A DNA stretch of 63,147 nucleotides, counting the filler, from Klebsormidium nitens (lineage: Eukaryota > Plantae > Klebsormidiophyceae): NCBI GenBank assembly GCA_000708835.1. It is 6 parts of 6 records of this genome, joined end to end, with 100 filler letters (N's around TTAATTAATTAA, not from the genome) between each part and the next. Parts side by side here need not be neighbours in the genome. Positions count along the whole stretch, not along the records: positions 1 to 18,296 come from DF237952.1; 5 more parts are not named here. One strand, given 5' to 3'. Shown piece after piece: positions 1 to 13,300 of the stretch (the stretch's first letter is position 1; every line of letters begins with the position of its first letter). The notes under the pieces are model-generated. The model saw only the letters and a list, made by a program, of their open reading frames with translations, was not told the DNA's origin and did not search any database. Position numbers and translations under genes: made by a program.

Positions 1-242
1 CATCATTGACATTGACAATGTACAGCACTTCTGGCACCGAGGCTGCAGATTCTCAATACGGCGGCACGATGGCTTGGCCCATCGTCTCGAGTATTCCAAG
101 ACTAATGTTAGGTGGTGACAGGGAAAATTGGGCGCCTTGTACTGTGCGAGCAGGGCGGTCTCTGATGACATCTGAGAGTAGATGTCAATGGGCACAAACG
201 TGCTCAGGAGATCGACAGTAGGAGGCGAGCTGTGGTTGTGCG

Positions 243-3200
243 ATGGCCGGCCGTGGTTTTGCCTGGAGCATCTGCCTCATTGCCGGCTTCCTGACAGGCT
301 CGGTGGTCCTGGCACTGCTGGCCCAGGGCGGCTGGTACGCACGCCAGCACGCTGCGCCCGCCCTCACTGAGCAGGAGTGGAACCAGGTGATCGTGCAATG
401 GGAGAGCCTCAAGGGGCGCTCGTCTCAAAGCAGCGCAGAGTCGTGCCGCCGGGTGGAGTATGCGGGCAGTGACATCCTGGTGGACGGCGTGCGAGTTGGG
501 AGCACGCTGAGCGGCGTGCAGGCGGGAGGGGGGGGCCTCCTGGGGACGTTGAGCCAGCTGGTGCGGGGCAGGGACGCTGCAGACAGGGGCCCCAGGGGGG
601 TGGCGCAGGCAGCGCAGCGCGGGAGCCACAGCACGCGGTGTCACCCGGCGTGCAGCAAGCATGGCACGTGCAACGAGGAGCTGGCCCGCTGCGACTGCCC
701 CGCCAGCTTCTCCGGCCCCGACTGCAGCGACCCCGCAATGCCCGCGTGCTGGCTGACCCCCGAGTACGCCACCACCTGCGCACAGCCCACAACGTGCCAG
801 TGCACCCTCCAGGTCAGCGGCCCAGCCTCAGGCACAAAGAGGGCCAGCGGGGGATCCCTGTAAAGGAGGGGCCACCACCTCTGTTCTGCTGAGGAGGGGG
901 ATGGGTGTCACTTGGACCGAGTGCGCTTGCCGGGCGTCTCTTACCACGCGGGAGAAGGAGAACGTTGGTCACAGGTGTTTTGCCATCTGTTGTGGATGTG
1001 ATGATGGCCAACATATTCGAGACTAGAACTGTCCGTTGCAACAAGCAATGCACCCGTAAACCACAGTTTTCAGCTCCGATCCGAATCAGAGAATCAATCG
1101 CATATGCAAAGGGCCAATCCATGTCAGAGGCCAACCATGCCTCCCATCATACACCTGTGCTGTTTCGGATGTGCAGTGCCAGCAGTACGCGTTTGCTGCG
1201 TCGGAGCCCTGCTTTGATGCAGACGACATCCCCCCCTTCTCGGACAACCTGAGCGACATCTACGCCAGGCCGCAGATGCTGCTGCGCACGGATGGCAAGG
1301 GGAAAGAAATCGCGCCGCGGTGGCCCCCTCCTGAGGGCCCGTTCCGCCCGCCCCACAGGGTGCGGGTGAGCGGCAACTTGACCCTGGTTCCAGTCACCGC
1401 CCTGCCTCGTTTGCAGAGTATCCGGGTGGCATTCTCCATCGTGTAGTCTCCTGGTTGCCATCGCCAATTTGAGGGGTGCTCTGCAAAACGGCCCACCTGA
1501 TCCCGGATGTCTGACGTCCGCCCCTCCTTATCCTTCAGGACATTGACGACTGCCCCAGCTCGTGTCACTACCGCGGCGCCTGCACGGAGGGCGGCACTTG
1601 CATGTGCTCCATCAACGACGCGGGGATGGCGTGCGAGGTGCGCAGCACGGACACTGCAATCTGGCTGCAACTCGACTCCCCTCAGAGGCTGCCTGTGGGA
1701 GCCCCACGAGCACTCTCATCAGATGACAGTCAAAAGCACTCCTTTGCACGACCTTCCAGCGCAGCATGCTTCCCGCTGACGCCGCTCGTTGTGGGTGCGC
1801 TGGTGCAGGCCCCGGTGCAGCGGTGGGACGCCCCCTGGGTCACCTGCTTCAACCGCTGCAGTGGCCGCGGGCGCTGCCTGCACGGCTTCTGCCACTGCCG
1901 CCCCGGCGCCTGGGGCATCGACTGCAGCCTGTCCTGGGCCGATGGCGGCACTCCCGAGGTGTGGCTCGACCAACGAACGCGCCTGCCGCGGGCGGGAGCG
2001 GCGGTGCGGCCGCGCATCTTTGTGTACGAGCTGCCGCCGTGGCTCAACGTGTGGCTCATGACGCACTCCCTTGTGTCGCTCGACCGCCACGAGCCGCACC
2101 AGGTGCGCGCCCGCGCGCGCTGCGCCACTGCCCGCATCCAACGGACCTCCTCTTGATAGAAAACGTGCAGCTTTTGAACGCTTGCCGAAATGTTTCCCGT
2201 TTGTCCTCGAAGCTCTGTCGTGCACTTTTCGATTTTACACCTGAGTATGTCACTTGGTCTCGTCAAAAGGGTTCTTGGCCAGCTTCTCCCACTGGAGCCC
2301 ATTTGTTTGGTGTGGCTGCAGTTTTTGGAGCGGCTGCTGCACTCGCCGCACCGAACAACGGACCCCGAGACGGCGGACTTCTTCTTTGTGCCCGCCTGGC
2401 CGCGGTGGCGGCTCATTCGCGGCGTGTACACACAGCGCGTGGTGGACTACATCAGTGCCACGTGGCCGTACTGGAAGCGCCACGGCGGAGCCGACCACCT
2501 CTTTGTCATGACCGACGACTGGGGACCCTGCGACGAGGGCGGGTGAGCGCTGCAGTACTGAACAGTTCGTCCTGCAAAGTCTAGGGCCCAGGTGTTCTGA
2601 TTTCAGAAGCATGGGGTGGCAACAGAGGCGGTCGGTTGGTGTCTTACTGTAGTGTTGAACGCTGGTTGTTCAGTCGCCCAGTTCAGAATACTGCTGGACT
2701 TCTTTCTTGTCAATCTGTTTCTGCTCGAGAAACGATGGTCCTCTGGACCGATCGACTTTGTTTGCCAGCTGGTGAGTACATGGAGTTTGAATGAAAGCTG
2801 ATTTGATGTCGACCTGCGCGTCCGGCCAATTGTACCAGCGTTCAAGCGTCACTCGGAACGGGCACGCTCCTGTAGTCCCCTGGCCGCCATGGTGCCTGGG
2901 CTCACGCTGGGCGCTCTCTCGTGATTGCTGCGTGCAGGGAGCGCATGCGCGCGCTGGCGCCGGCCATGCTGCTGAACCTGTGGGGCTTCACGGGCACCAT
3001 GAGCGACCGCGACCCGGTGGCCGACCCGCTGCGCGCGTGCTTTGCGGTGGGGCACGACATCGCCATCCCGCCCAACATGGACTGGAACATCAACAAGCAC
3101 GACAAGCTGGCGCGCTTCAGCCCGCTCATCGACCCCGAGCTCGCCCACCCGCGCCAGCGCACCGCCTACTTCTCCGGCTCCTCCGGCCGCCGCCAGGTGC

Positions 3201-4535
3201 GCACGCCCACGCGCACAGCCAGCCCGGCTGCAGGGACCGGCCGCGCAACAACGGGATGCCATCTCGCGATGGCCGACCTTGGTCCGTAGGATACTCGTGA
3301 CCCCTGCTGATCATGACCGGGTGCCGCGCTGGCCGGTGCCTGAGGTGCGTCTGGTGCGCAGGAGCTGACGGGCGGCGGGGCGACGGACTACAGCTTCGGC
3401 ATTCGGCAGGCAATCTTCGACTTGTACGAGGCGCGCCAGGAGGAGCTCAACTGGCGCCTCGCGGAGCCGCCGGACCCGTACCCCGACTACCTGCACATCA
3501 TGGCCGACACCGTCTTCTGCCTGGGGCCGCCCGGCCACGGCTGGGGCACGCGCGCAGTGCAGGGCGTCCTCATGGGCTGCATCCCCGTCATCATCGCGGT
3601 GAGGCACCCGCGCACCGCCGCGCCAGGCACCTAGCACACCCACAGCCTGAGCCAACGGCCAAGAGCGGAGCACGCTCATGTCGGAAATGTTTACCCTATG
3701 ACTGTTTATAGAGAGCCACTAGACGCGGGCCGCCTTGCCTGCTCGTGGTTCCCAGCCTGCATCGGATCCCCAGTGTGCAGCCAGAGGGCGCGGGTGTGAT
3801 GGGGCGGGGCGGGCGTCTGACAGGTGGTGCGGGGGGCGCGCGTGCAGGACCACATCGTGCAGCCGTGGGAGGGCGACCTGCTGGACTGGGCGGACTTCAG
3901 CCTGCGCGTGGCCAACGCGGACCTGCCGCGCCTCGCGGACATCCTGGGAGCCGTGACCCCTGCCGAGATCGCGCGCCTGCAGGCGGGGCTGGCCGCAGTG
4001 TGGCCGCGCTTCCTGTGGCACAGCGCACTCGAGGTGAGCCAACCGGCGGGCGGCCCTCCGAGCACTCCCGCTGGGTAAAGCTGGCCAGCCTGCTGCATGA
4101 CCCGCGGGGCAATGCCTACTAGTCACGGTGGAATGCAGTCCAGGCTCCATTCTCTTGAGCAACTCCGCCCAGTCATCGCGGGTCATTGTTGGCAGGGCGA
4201 CTGGTTGTGATGAGGTGCTGGCTGAGCTTCAAAGGTTAGACACTAGGAGCTTAAAAACTGGTACGAGGACGAGGACGCTGCTCCTTGCTGGCGCCACTTC
4301 GTAGCCATGCTTGGCTCTGTACTGTTTGCGTCGCACTTCGAGCCACGACTAGCACGCCAACATTCCTCAAACTTGGCTCTCTTTGCAGAGCCCACTGAAC
4401 GATCACGAGCTCAAGCCGAGCCTACGCTCCAAATTGAGGGAGGTTCTCGAAAACGAGGATGCGTTTTCCAGTATTATTGAGATCCTTAAGCAAAGGCTTG
4501 TCAAAAAGGAGGATGTTGGTAAACGAAAACATTGA
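243..4535 (+). CDS. Exostosin-family (GT47) glycosyltransferase with N-terminal membrane anchor and three EGF-like modules; 9 exons
   Basis: Hand-spliced GT-AG exons in consistent phase: 243-812, 1177-1365, 1539-1637, 1809-2102, 2322-2542, 2938-3196, 3362-3598, 3848-4033, 4389-4535. Hydrophobic N-terminus (WSICLIAGFLTGSVVLALLA). EGF-like modules CSKHGTCNEELARCDCPASFSGPDC, CHYRGACTEGGTCMC and CSGRGRCLHGFCHCRPGAWGIDC. GT47 motifs RIFVYELP, TTDPETADFFFVP, GGADHLFV, FCLGPPGHGWGTRAVQGVLMGCIPVII, QPWEGDLLDWADFSLRV and a terminal EDAFSSIIEILKQRL. Confidence 0.9.
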
Positions 4536-4919
4536 TTTATGATTCCTTCGTGGAAGCCCTTCATTCGATTTCGATTTGAGAGACATAGCTGCATCAGAAA
4601 AGTGCAGCTTGTCCTGTGTCGATGACTGAGGTAGAGATGGTGACCATTAAAGCATGTGCGCGTAGCGGTTTTCCTGTAGGTCCATGCTCAAGTTTGATGT
4701 GGGCCTGGTTGTGAACTGGCGATGCCCACGTATCACAAGCTAGCCACGACATGCTACGCTGTGAATTTTTTTCCAAATATATCTTAGAGTCACCAGTAAT
4801 TCTCATGTGCACATGCTGGCAGGCCGATCGACTGAGGACATCAGGCACTATATGGCTATATTGTATTGCATGATTGCAACTGGTTGGCAGCAGCTAATGA
4901 TCAGTGGCTGCTGTCCTGC

Positions 4920-6186
<1,267 letters not shown>

Positions 6187-6650
6187 TGTCCCTCTTGGAG
6201 AGCAGAACTCCACCAATGCTGCTCCTTCCCCAGCTTCTGAGCAAGCTTGATCAAGCTACCGTACGTCTGACTCAATCTGCCTCTCGAGTCTCCTGCCAGT
6301 GCAGTGACTGTGCAGGACCTACCCACCAATTGAATTCGTATGCTGACCTGCTGACATCACGTGGAGATCGAGTGCTGACATGGCACCCTTTATGACATCG
6401 ATGCTATTATGTTCTGAAAGTGCAGCCGTCAGATCTGGTCAGGTGGCCAAAGCTGAGCTACAGCCTAGTACGCCTCAGCCTTAGGCTCAGGAGTCGGAAC
6501 AATTTCTGTGTTTCTGTGTTCAGTTTTTGTAAGCAGGGAGCAGGGAGCAGCAGAAGAGCAGTCTGAGTGAGCATCCTTCAGAAGCCAATCTCCGTCCAAT
6601 TGCCATCCAATCTAGGACGAACTTACTGCTGAAATAATCATAGCTCAGAA

Positions 6651-8684
6651 ATGGCTGCCAAGAAGGCTCTCGAAACTGTGACGGACCTTGACCTGAAGCG
6701 GTATGTGGGAAGATGGTGAGTTCTATGTTTATGGCTCCACCTCGAAGGAAAGGGACATAATAAGTGTACTTTTACTCGGCCAATGGGCAACAAATGTAGC
6801 AGGCAGCACCCGTTGAATATAGAGAGGAATGACCGCCCTTGATCTGTCTGGTGATTAACTATTTTAAGATTCCATACGTTCAAGTGCAGTACATTTCCTA
6901 TCAAGTGCACAATCAATGCTGCGCTGCTAAGCCACGTCTGGACAATCAGTTCAGAAAAAGGACACTGAGAAGCGACGTGCCCCCTGTCGCAGGGCTGGGT
7001 TACATGATTGTGCTGGTTTGCTGCAACATGCCTTCTCAAATCGCTTTCGACACTCTCCATACGTTTTCACCAAGTCCGTAGGTTTCCAGCGTGACACTGT
7101 TGTTCCTCCACAGGTTTGAAATATCGAGCATCCCGAGCAGCTTCCAACCAAAGGACACTGTCAACACTATGGCCCATTATACTCTGAAAGAGGATGGGAC
7201 TGTTGGGGTGCTGAATGAAACGTTCACCCGGCAAGGGAAGAGGAACAGCATAGAGGGCAAGGTGAGGGTGCGCAACCCTCTGGTACAACTGGTGGAACCG
7301 TCAAGGTTTGATTATGAAGCCAGTGTGAAGCTTGACTAGCTTACATGTGTAGCGGATCCTTTGGTTGCGATGGCAGAGGTGGTGGCAGTAGACTGCATTC
7401 TTGGTTGGCATTGGAGTTGAGTCCCAGGTTGCAGGCTGGACAGCCATCCTGTAATATGTCGAATCCCCCTCTGCGTTGCTAACGTTGCTTGTTGTCCTGT
7501 TGCGCATGCGATGATATGTTGGGGAAGGATAGCTCGACCACCAAGGCAGATTCTTGAGTTCATGGGTCCGGCTGAAAATCTTGTGCACCAATGCGAACTG
7601 GGTTTATTCGTCATGTGGAACTCTCCCACGCCCTCGAATATGCTAACACACTTTCTATTGTCTACACGTGCATTCATTCTTGTCATCGATGTAGGCCAGC
7701 GTCGTCGTCATCTTTATAAGCTTTCACTGACTTGTCAACACTGCCCCTCGGTGATGCCCAAGTCGGGCTGACCGCTAGTTGCTGTTCTTTCCACTATGCA
7801 AGGCATGGAAGATCGACCCGGCGAGCGCTGCCGCCGAGTTCAAGGTTCAGTTCTGGGTGCCTCCGTTCCTGCCCCTGGTGCCGGTTCGTGGGGACTACTA
7901 CGTGATGGCCCTGGACCAGGCGGAGTACAAGTATGCTCTCATTGGCCAGCCCTCGCGCAAGTTCCTCTGGGTAAGACGCCAAGCAAGAGAAGGCAACGAG
8001 GCTCAAGCAGTGTCGACTTCGATTCATGGTGGTGCGAGCCAACATGATGGCTCTCCTTCAGTCCGGAGAACAAAGTATGACTCATTTCGAATAAGATCTA
8101 CGAGAATTGGATCCTTGCGACTTGTCGGGAGTATTCAGAAATGTTTCTCCAACATGTCGATGATGGGGTGGTGGAAGCTTTTCTGGTGTTTCATCATATG
8201 GACTTCCACTTTTAAATCCATACCCTGGATTTCGGTGTGCAAGACCAAGTGCTTTGTATGCTTCTGAAGATGTGCCATATCGTTTCTTCAGTGGAGGCTT
8301 GCGGAAGCTTCAATGACGCAAGCTATTTGTTGTCGAAGATGCTCACCAAAAGCTGCTGCATCTGACCTAGCTGGGGTACAGAAGAAACAAACAAGACGGC
8401 ATGCAGTCCAGAAGCTGACACGTGATCCAAGCAGCTGACTGTCATGCGTGCTTTGCATTGGCTGTCTAATGGATCTCCCCTTCTAGCAGGTGCTGTCCCG
8501 CACGCCGACGCTGGCAGAGGAGACGTATGCCGAGCTGTTGAAGGTGGCGGAGGCGCAGGGGTACGATGTGAGCCTGCTCCACAGGACGGAGCACACCCCC
8601 GACAGCGGCGTCAGCTCCACAGAGGTACCCAAGACGGCCAGCGACGGGGGGTGGTGGTGGCTCAAGAGCATGCTCGGAAAGTAG
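6651..8684 (+). CDS. TIL: Temperature-induced lipocalin; 4 exons
   Basis: Exons 6651-6715, 7114-7261, 7803-7970, 8490-8684. Lipocalin motifs LDLKRYVGRWFEI, FKVQFWVPPFLPLVPVRGDYYV, YALIGQPSRKFLWVLSRTP, and the TIL-like C-terminus GWWWLKSMLGK. Confidence 0.93.
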
Positions 8685-10360
8685 CAAACAAGTGGGAGTC
8701 GCAGAGACTTGAAAACCTTGTTGCCTTGTCCTACTGAGTCCATGCGCTTGCCGCCCGTTTGATCGACCAAGCACATGCTCTTATCCAACATCGAGCTCGT
8801 GTGGGGTAAATCAACAATGTCCCAAATGGAGGTTGAAAAGGGAGCATCACCGGTGGTGGCCTCAGCCTCACGAAGCGCTGTCCTCTGTGTCTTTGCAGCC
8901 AGGAATGTTTGAGGGCGGACGGCTGGAACGTACAGCGGTTGCAGCAGCGGTGGTCGCGGGAATTGCGGCAATTGTCGCCAGCACCTCAATACTGCGGAAG
9001 AAGACCTCCAGCGATTGAGAATCTTGACTTATAGATAGGCAATTGCGATAAGAGCTGCTCCGCATGTACATATGCAATACCCCCACCTAATGATTGTATT
9101 GCTTTATTGTTTAGCTCGCTGTATCCGCAGATGAGGGTTTCAAGAGTCGTTCCGCTGGTCAGCCAAGCTGGCAACAAGACTACATGAAACATCCAAATGA
9201 CGCTGCGATAAACACTGCAATAAAGGTTGAGAGCCGGCCTCTGCTTGCCTTCTGCCAGTCACTTGATTGCCTGGCGCAGAATCATAGGTTCTGATCAATC
9301 ACGTTGAGTGTACATGCTCTAACTGATACACGTATGTGACGGCATGCATGTATCAACATTGCAATCGATCCACGGGGTTATCCTGATTGATCAAGCTACA
9401 GTAGTTGAAAGCGGACGTACCTACATATGTAATTCATGGGTTCAGCCCCTAAAAGTCAACAGATTAGAACGAACTTAGCGAGCCAGGCATCATTGCCATG
9501 GAATGCATACGATCATTAATTGAAACGCGCTAGTTTTCCCTACACTCTTAGACGTGCATGATCGTGCGGGGGCCTTAACCAGAATTGCAGAACCAGGCGA
9601 CCGTCTGCTAGTGCAGTGGGTCCACTACGATTACAATCGATCAGCAAATCGTACAGCTGGGTTGGAGCACGTACGCGGCACCGCGTGGCATTTCAACGTT
9701 TTAATTGCTGCACACATGGTTTCCACGTATATCGTTGCAGGATGTTGCTCTAGCTTCAATCGTATTACGGGGGCATCTGATCCAGTCTACACAGAATTCG
9801 ACCAATATCGTGTAGCAGATCGGCATATGGTACGTATGACAATTGCGTAAATAAATATGTATGTTGAGTTTTACCGCAGTCGACCGGAATTGCATGAGCG
9901 CACAGCATGCAGCATTCATCGATCCAAAGGGATTACGCAATCATATTTGTAGTATATTGTTACCGACCCAGTGGCCCGCAAATACAGAGTTGGGCAGCGG
10001 GTCCGAAGCCGCGGTCGACCGGTCGGCCAGCCCAAATAATGCATATGATCAAAGCTTTCGAGGCCAAGATAATTCAGCATTAGACTTTCAGTGCTTGATT
10101 GACGCCACTAACGTGACAGTAACGAGCCTGCATTTAGTTGCGCTCTTGATAGTTGCGCTCTTGATCGCGTCTTCTGACACCCTCAATTTAAATCAGAGAA
10201 AGAGAAGCTGCATCAAGCAGTTCTCCTAGCGCTCATGCAGTGCCTGAAGGTTGACGGTTGCCGAGCGTTCACGCATTGCCTCTGATGCCATGCGTGTTCA
10301 ACAAGGGATCAACCTTTCAGAAGATAGGTGAACTCAGCCGGCGCTTGCGCGTTCTGCCGG

Positions 10361-13300
10361 TCACGTGTCCCATCTCCTCCTCCTTTCTGCGGCCCCCTCC
10401 CGGCCGTGCCGCACCTCCTCGTCCCTGTCCCGCTTCCTGTCGCCGTCCCTGTCCCTGTCTCGCTCTCGATACGCGTCTCGACCATTGTCCCGGTGATGCC
10501 GGTCGTCCCCGTGTTGCTCGCGCCCCCTATCTGCGTCTCGCCCATCCCGGTACCGCTCTCTGTCCCTGTCCGTATCCCTGTCGTTTCGGGATGACAGCTG
10601 CTCTCCCGAGCGTTCCATCCTCTCCGCGCCACTGTCCACTCGCGACCGCTCTCTTTCCCGCCCGCCGTCATCCTCGTGGCGGTCCCACCTGGACCGCCTC
10701 TCTCCCCGTCCGCCTTCTTCCCTGCGCTGCCTATCACCTGTGCCCGTCTCGCCTCCATTTACAGCCCCCGCATGCGACCCGTCCGTCCCTGCCGGCATGC
10801 TGGCTGCTCCTGCTGCCTGGCCGAAGCCTTGCGCATACGCCAATGCTCGCGCCTGCGCTGCGGCAGCTGCGGCAGCCACTTGCGCTGCCGGGCCTGGGAG
10901 TGCGGGTGCTGTAGCATACGGGGTGCCGAAGGCCTGGGCATGCGCGACTGCGCGCGCATGCGCCAGGGCCTCGGCGATCTCGGCGTCCGTGTTGTGCCGC
11001 TCGACGGGCGCGTCGGGCTGGATGGATGTGGACGCGCGCGCAAAGCCGGCCAGGCTGCTGCCTGCCGGCCCGGCTGCCACCGCAGGCTGGGCAAAGCCGT
11101 GCAGGGCGGGGCGCGGGTGCGCAGCCGGCCCCTTGAACGAGGTGGCGTTCCCCGCAGCGGCTTGAGGGCCGACGAAGCTGCTCTTGAACTTGGCCGCCAT
11201 GCCCTGCTTCAAAGAGTTCTGTGCAGCTGCCCGAGTAAAGTCGGGGCCTGCAGGGGGACGCAAACGGGTGTCGGACGGCCATGTCAGACTGCTCCCCCCT
11301 CGAATTCCATGAAAAGCTCCGCTCAAGCTGAATCTGAAGTTTTGGCCCTTTTGACATTAACGAGAACAGGCTACCCTGGCTGTACAGTGCGATAATATAA
11401 GAGTCAAAGCAACGATAGGAACGGGCATGTCCGTTTGACTTCCAACTCGGGCTTGCAGATTCGGAGGCCCGTTTTGCACATCCCCAGCCAGCGCGGTGTG
11501 CTTGGACCCAGGCTCGCAAGCTCGGCCTTACCTAAGGATGCTTTCGTCGGCCCGCCCGCTTCTGCCTTTGTCTCCGCGGCAAACCCGATCCCGGCGCCTC
11601 CCACCATGGGCCCTCTTCTCCCGCCTCCTTTTCCCCTGCCCCTGCCCCTGCCTCCTTTCCCCCCCCTCTTGCCCCCGCCCCCGGCCCCCCCGCCTGCACT
11701 TCCCCCACCTGCGCCTCCCCCCGCTCGCTGCTTCCGGAAGTGGCCGTCCTTCATGGCCAGCTCGAGCAGCGCGTCCGGCACGGCCTGCCCCGCGTGCACC
11801 AGGTTGTGCACCAGCTCCCCCGCAAAGTGCGCCTCGCGCCCCGTCACCAGCGTGTACGCCGACCCGTCCGTCGCGCCCGCGCGCCCGGTACGCCCAATGC
11901 GGTGCACGTGCGTGTCAATGTCCTGCACGACAATGCACAGCCACGGTATGGGGACGCAGCAGGGCTGGCCGACTCGTGTATCGGAACGCCGATGAAGCCG
12001 GAAAAAACGTGTTCGCTGCATATATGCAGCGCAACAGGAGATGTAGCAGCAAAGCACGGCGCATGTGCGAAGTTGGGATTGTGTGCGTGCCACGAAAATG
12101 AAACGAAGTAGCTTTGCTGCTAATGTTCAATTCGCAGCCAGGAACCCGAGTGGCACACTCTTTTTGAGGGAATTTTTTGACTACTGCTAGCCCTCCCTTC
12201 TTGGGCCTTACAGCAAATGGAGCATGGCCATCATACCAGCTAATCGGAGAGAAGGGCCGATAAAGAGAGGGCCTTCTGATGGGCACTTTGAAGTTTCAAG
12301 CCTAAGCCGACGATCTTTGACTTGCTCAGAACGAGCCTGAATTCCAGTCCTGAGCAGAGGGCACTCAGCTTGTGCAATCGAGCGCAAGCTTTCGACGCGC
12401 ACCTTTGCAGCATCCAGGTTGACGACGGTCTTGATGGAGGTGATGTCCAGGCCACGCGCGGCGACGTCGGTGGCCACCAGCACGTGGTGCACGCCCGCCT
12501 TGAACTCGCGCAGCACGTCCATGCGCGACGCCTGGTCCTTGTCGCCGTGCAGCGCCACCACTGGGGGGCACACACGGTCCACACGCACTCAGATGCGTCC
12601 GGGGCAGAAAAGAGCACAGGCGGTTTGTCGGCAACAACCTTGTCCGGGACGAGGAAACGCTAATCAGACCACCAACTACGACAAGCTCGGCTGAGGCTCG
12701 CTCGCTGCGCGGCAGCGGCGCGGCAGCGGCGCGGCGCACCTCTGAAGCCGTGCTCCTTGAGCTTGGCCTCGACGGCCTCCACTTTGGCCTTCTGGTTGGC
12801 GAACACGAGCACGTCCCCCTTGTCGATGAAGCGCGGCAGCCGCTCCAGCAGCCACGCCACCTTGGCCTCGTCGGTGGGCAGCACCTCCGCCACCTGCCGG
12901 ATGTCCTCGTTCGCCTGCCACACGGCGCACACCCTCACGACGGGGTCTTGCAGGGCCACCACTGAGAACGACGCGGCATTGTCCCAACACAGAAGTTGAC
13001 TTGGACGGAAGAGAGGCAGGGCTGGGGGCTTGCTGCTGTACTGTCGGAAGCCCCCGACCTCTTGCAGTCAGTGCCTCGCGCAGGCGCCCCAAAGGTCGTG
13101 TGGCTCACCGATCCGACGTCTCCAACGGTGACCCTGACGGGGCTGCTCAGGATGTCGCGCGCGAGGCGCTCGATGCGGCCGGGCATGGTGGCGGAGAAGA
13201 GCAGCGTCTGGCGGTCGGGCCGGATCTGGCCTGTGATGGAGCGCACCTGCGGCTCGAAGCCCAGGTCGAACATGCGGTCCGCCTCGTCCAGCACCAGGTA

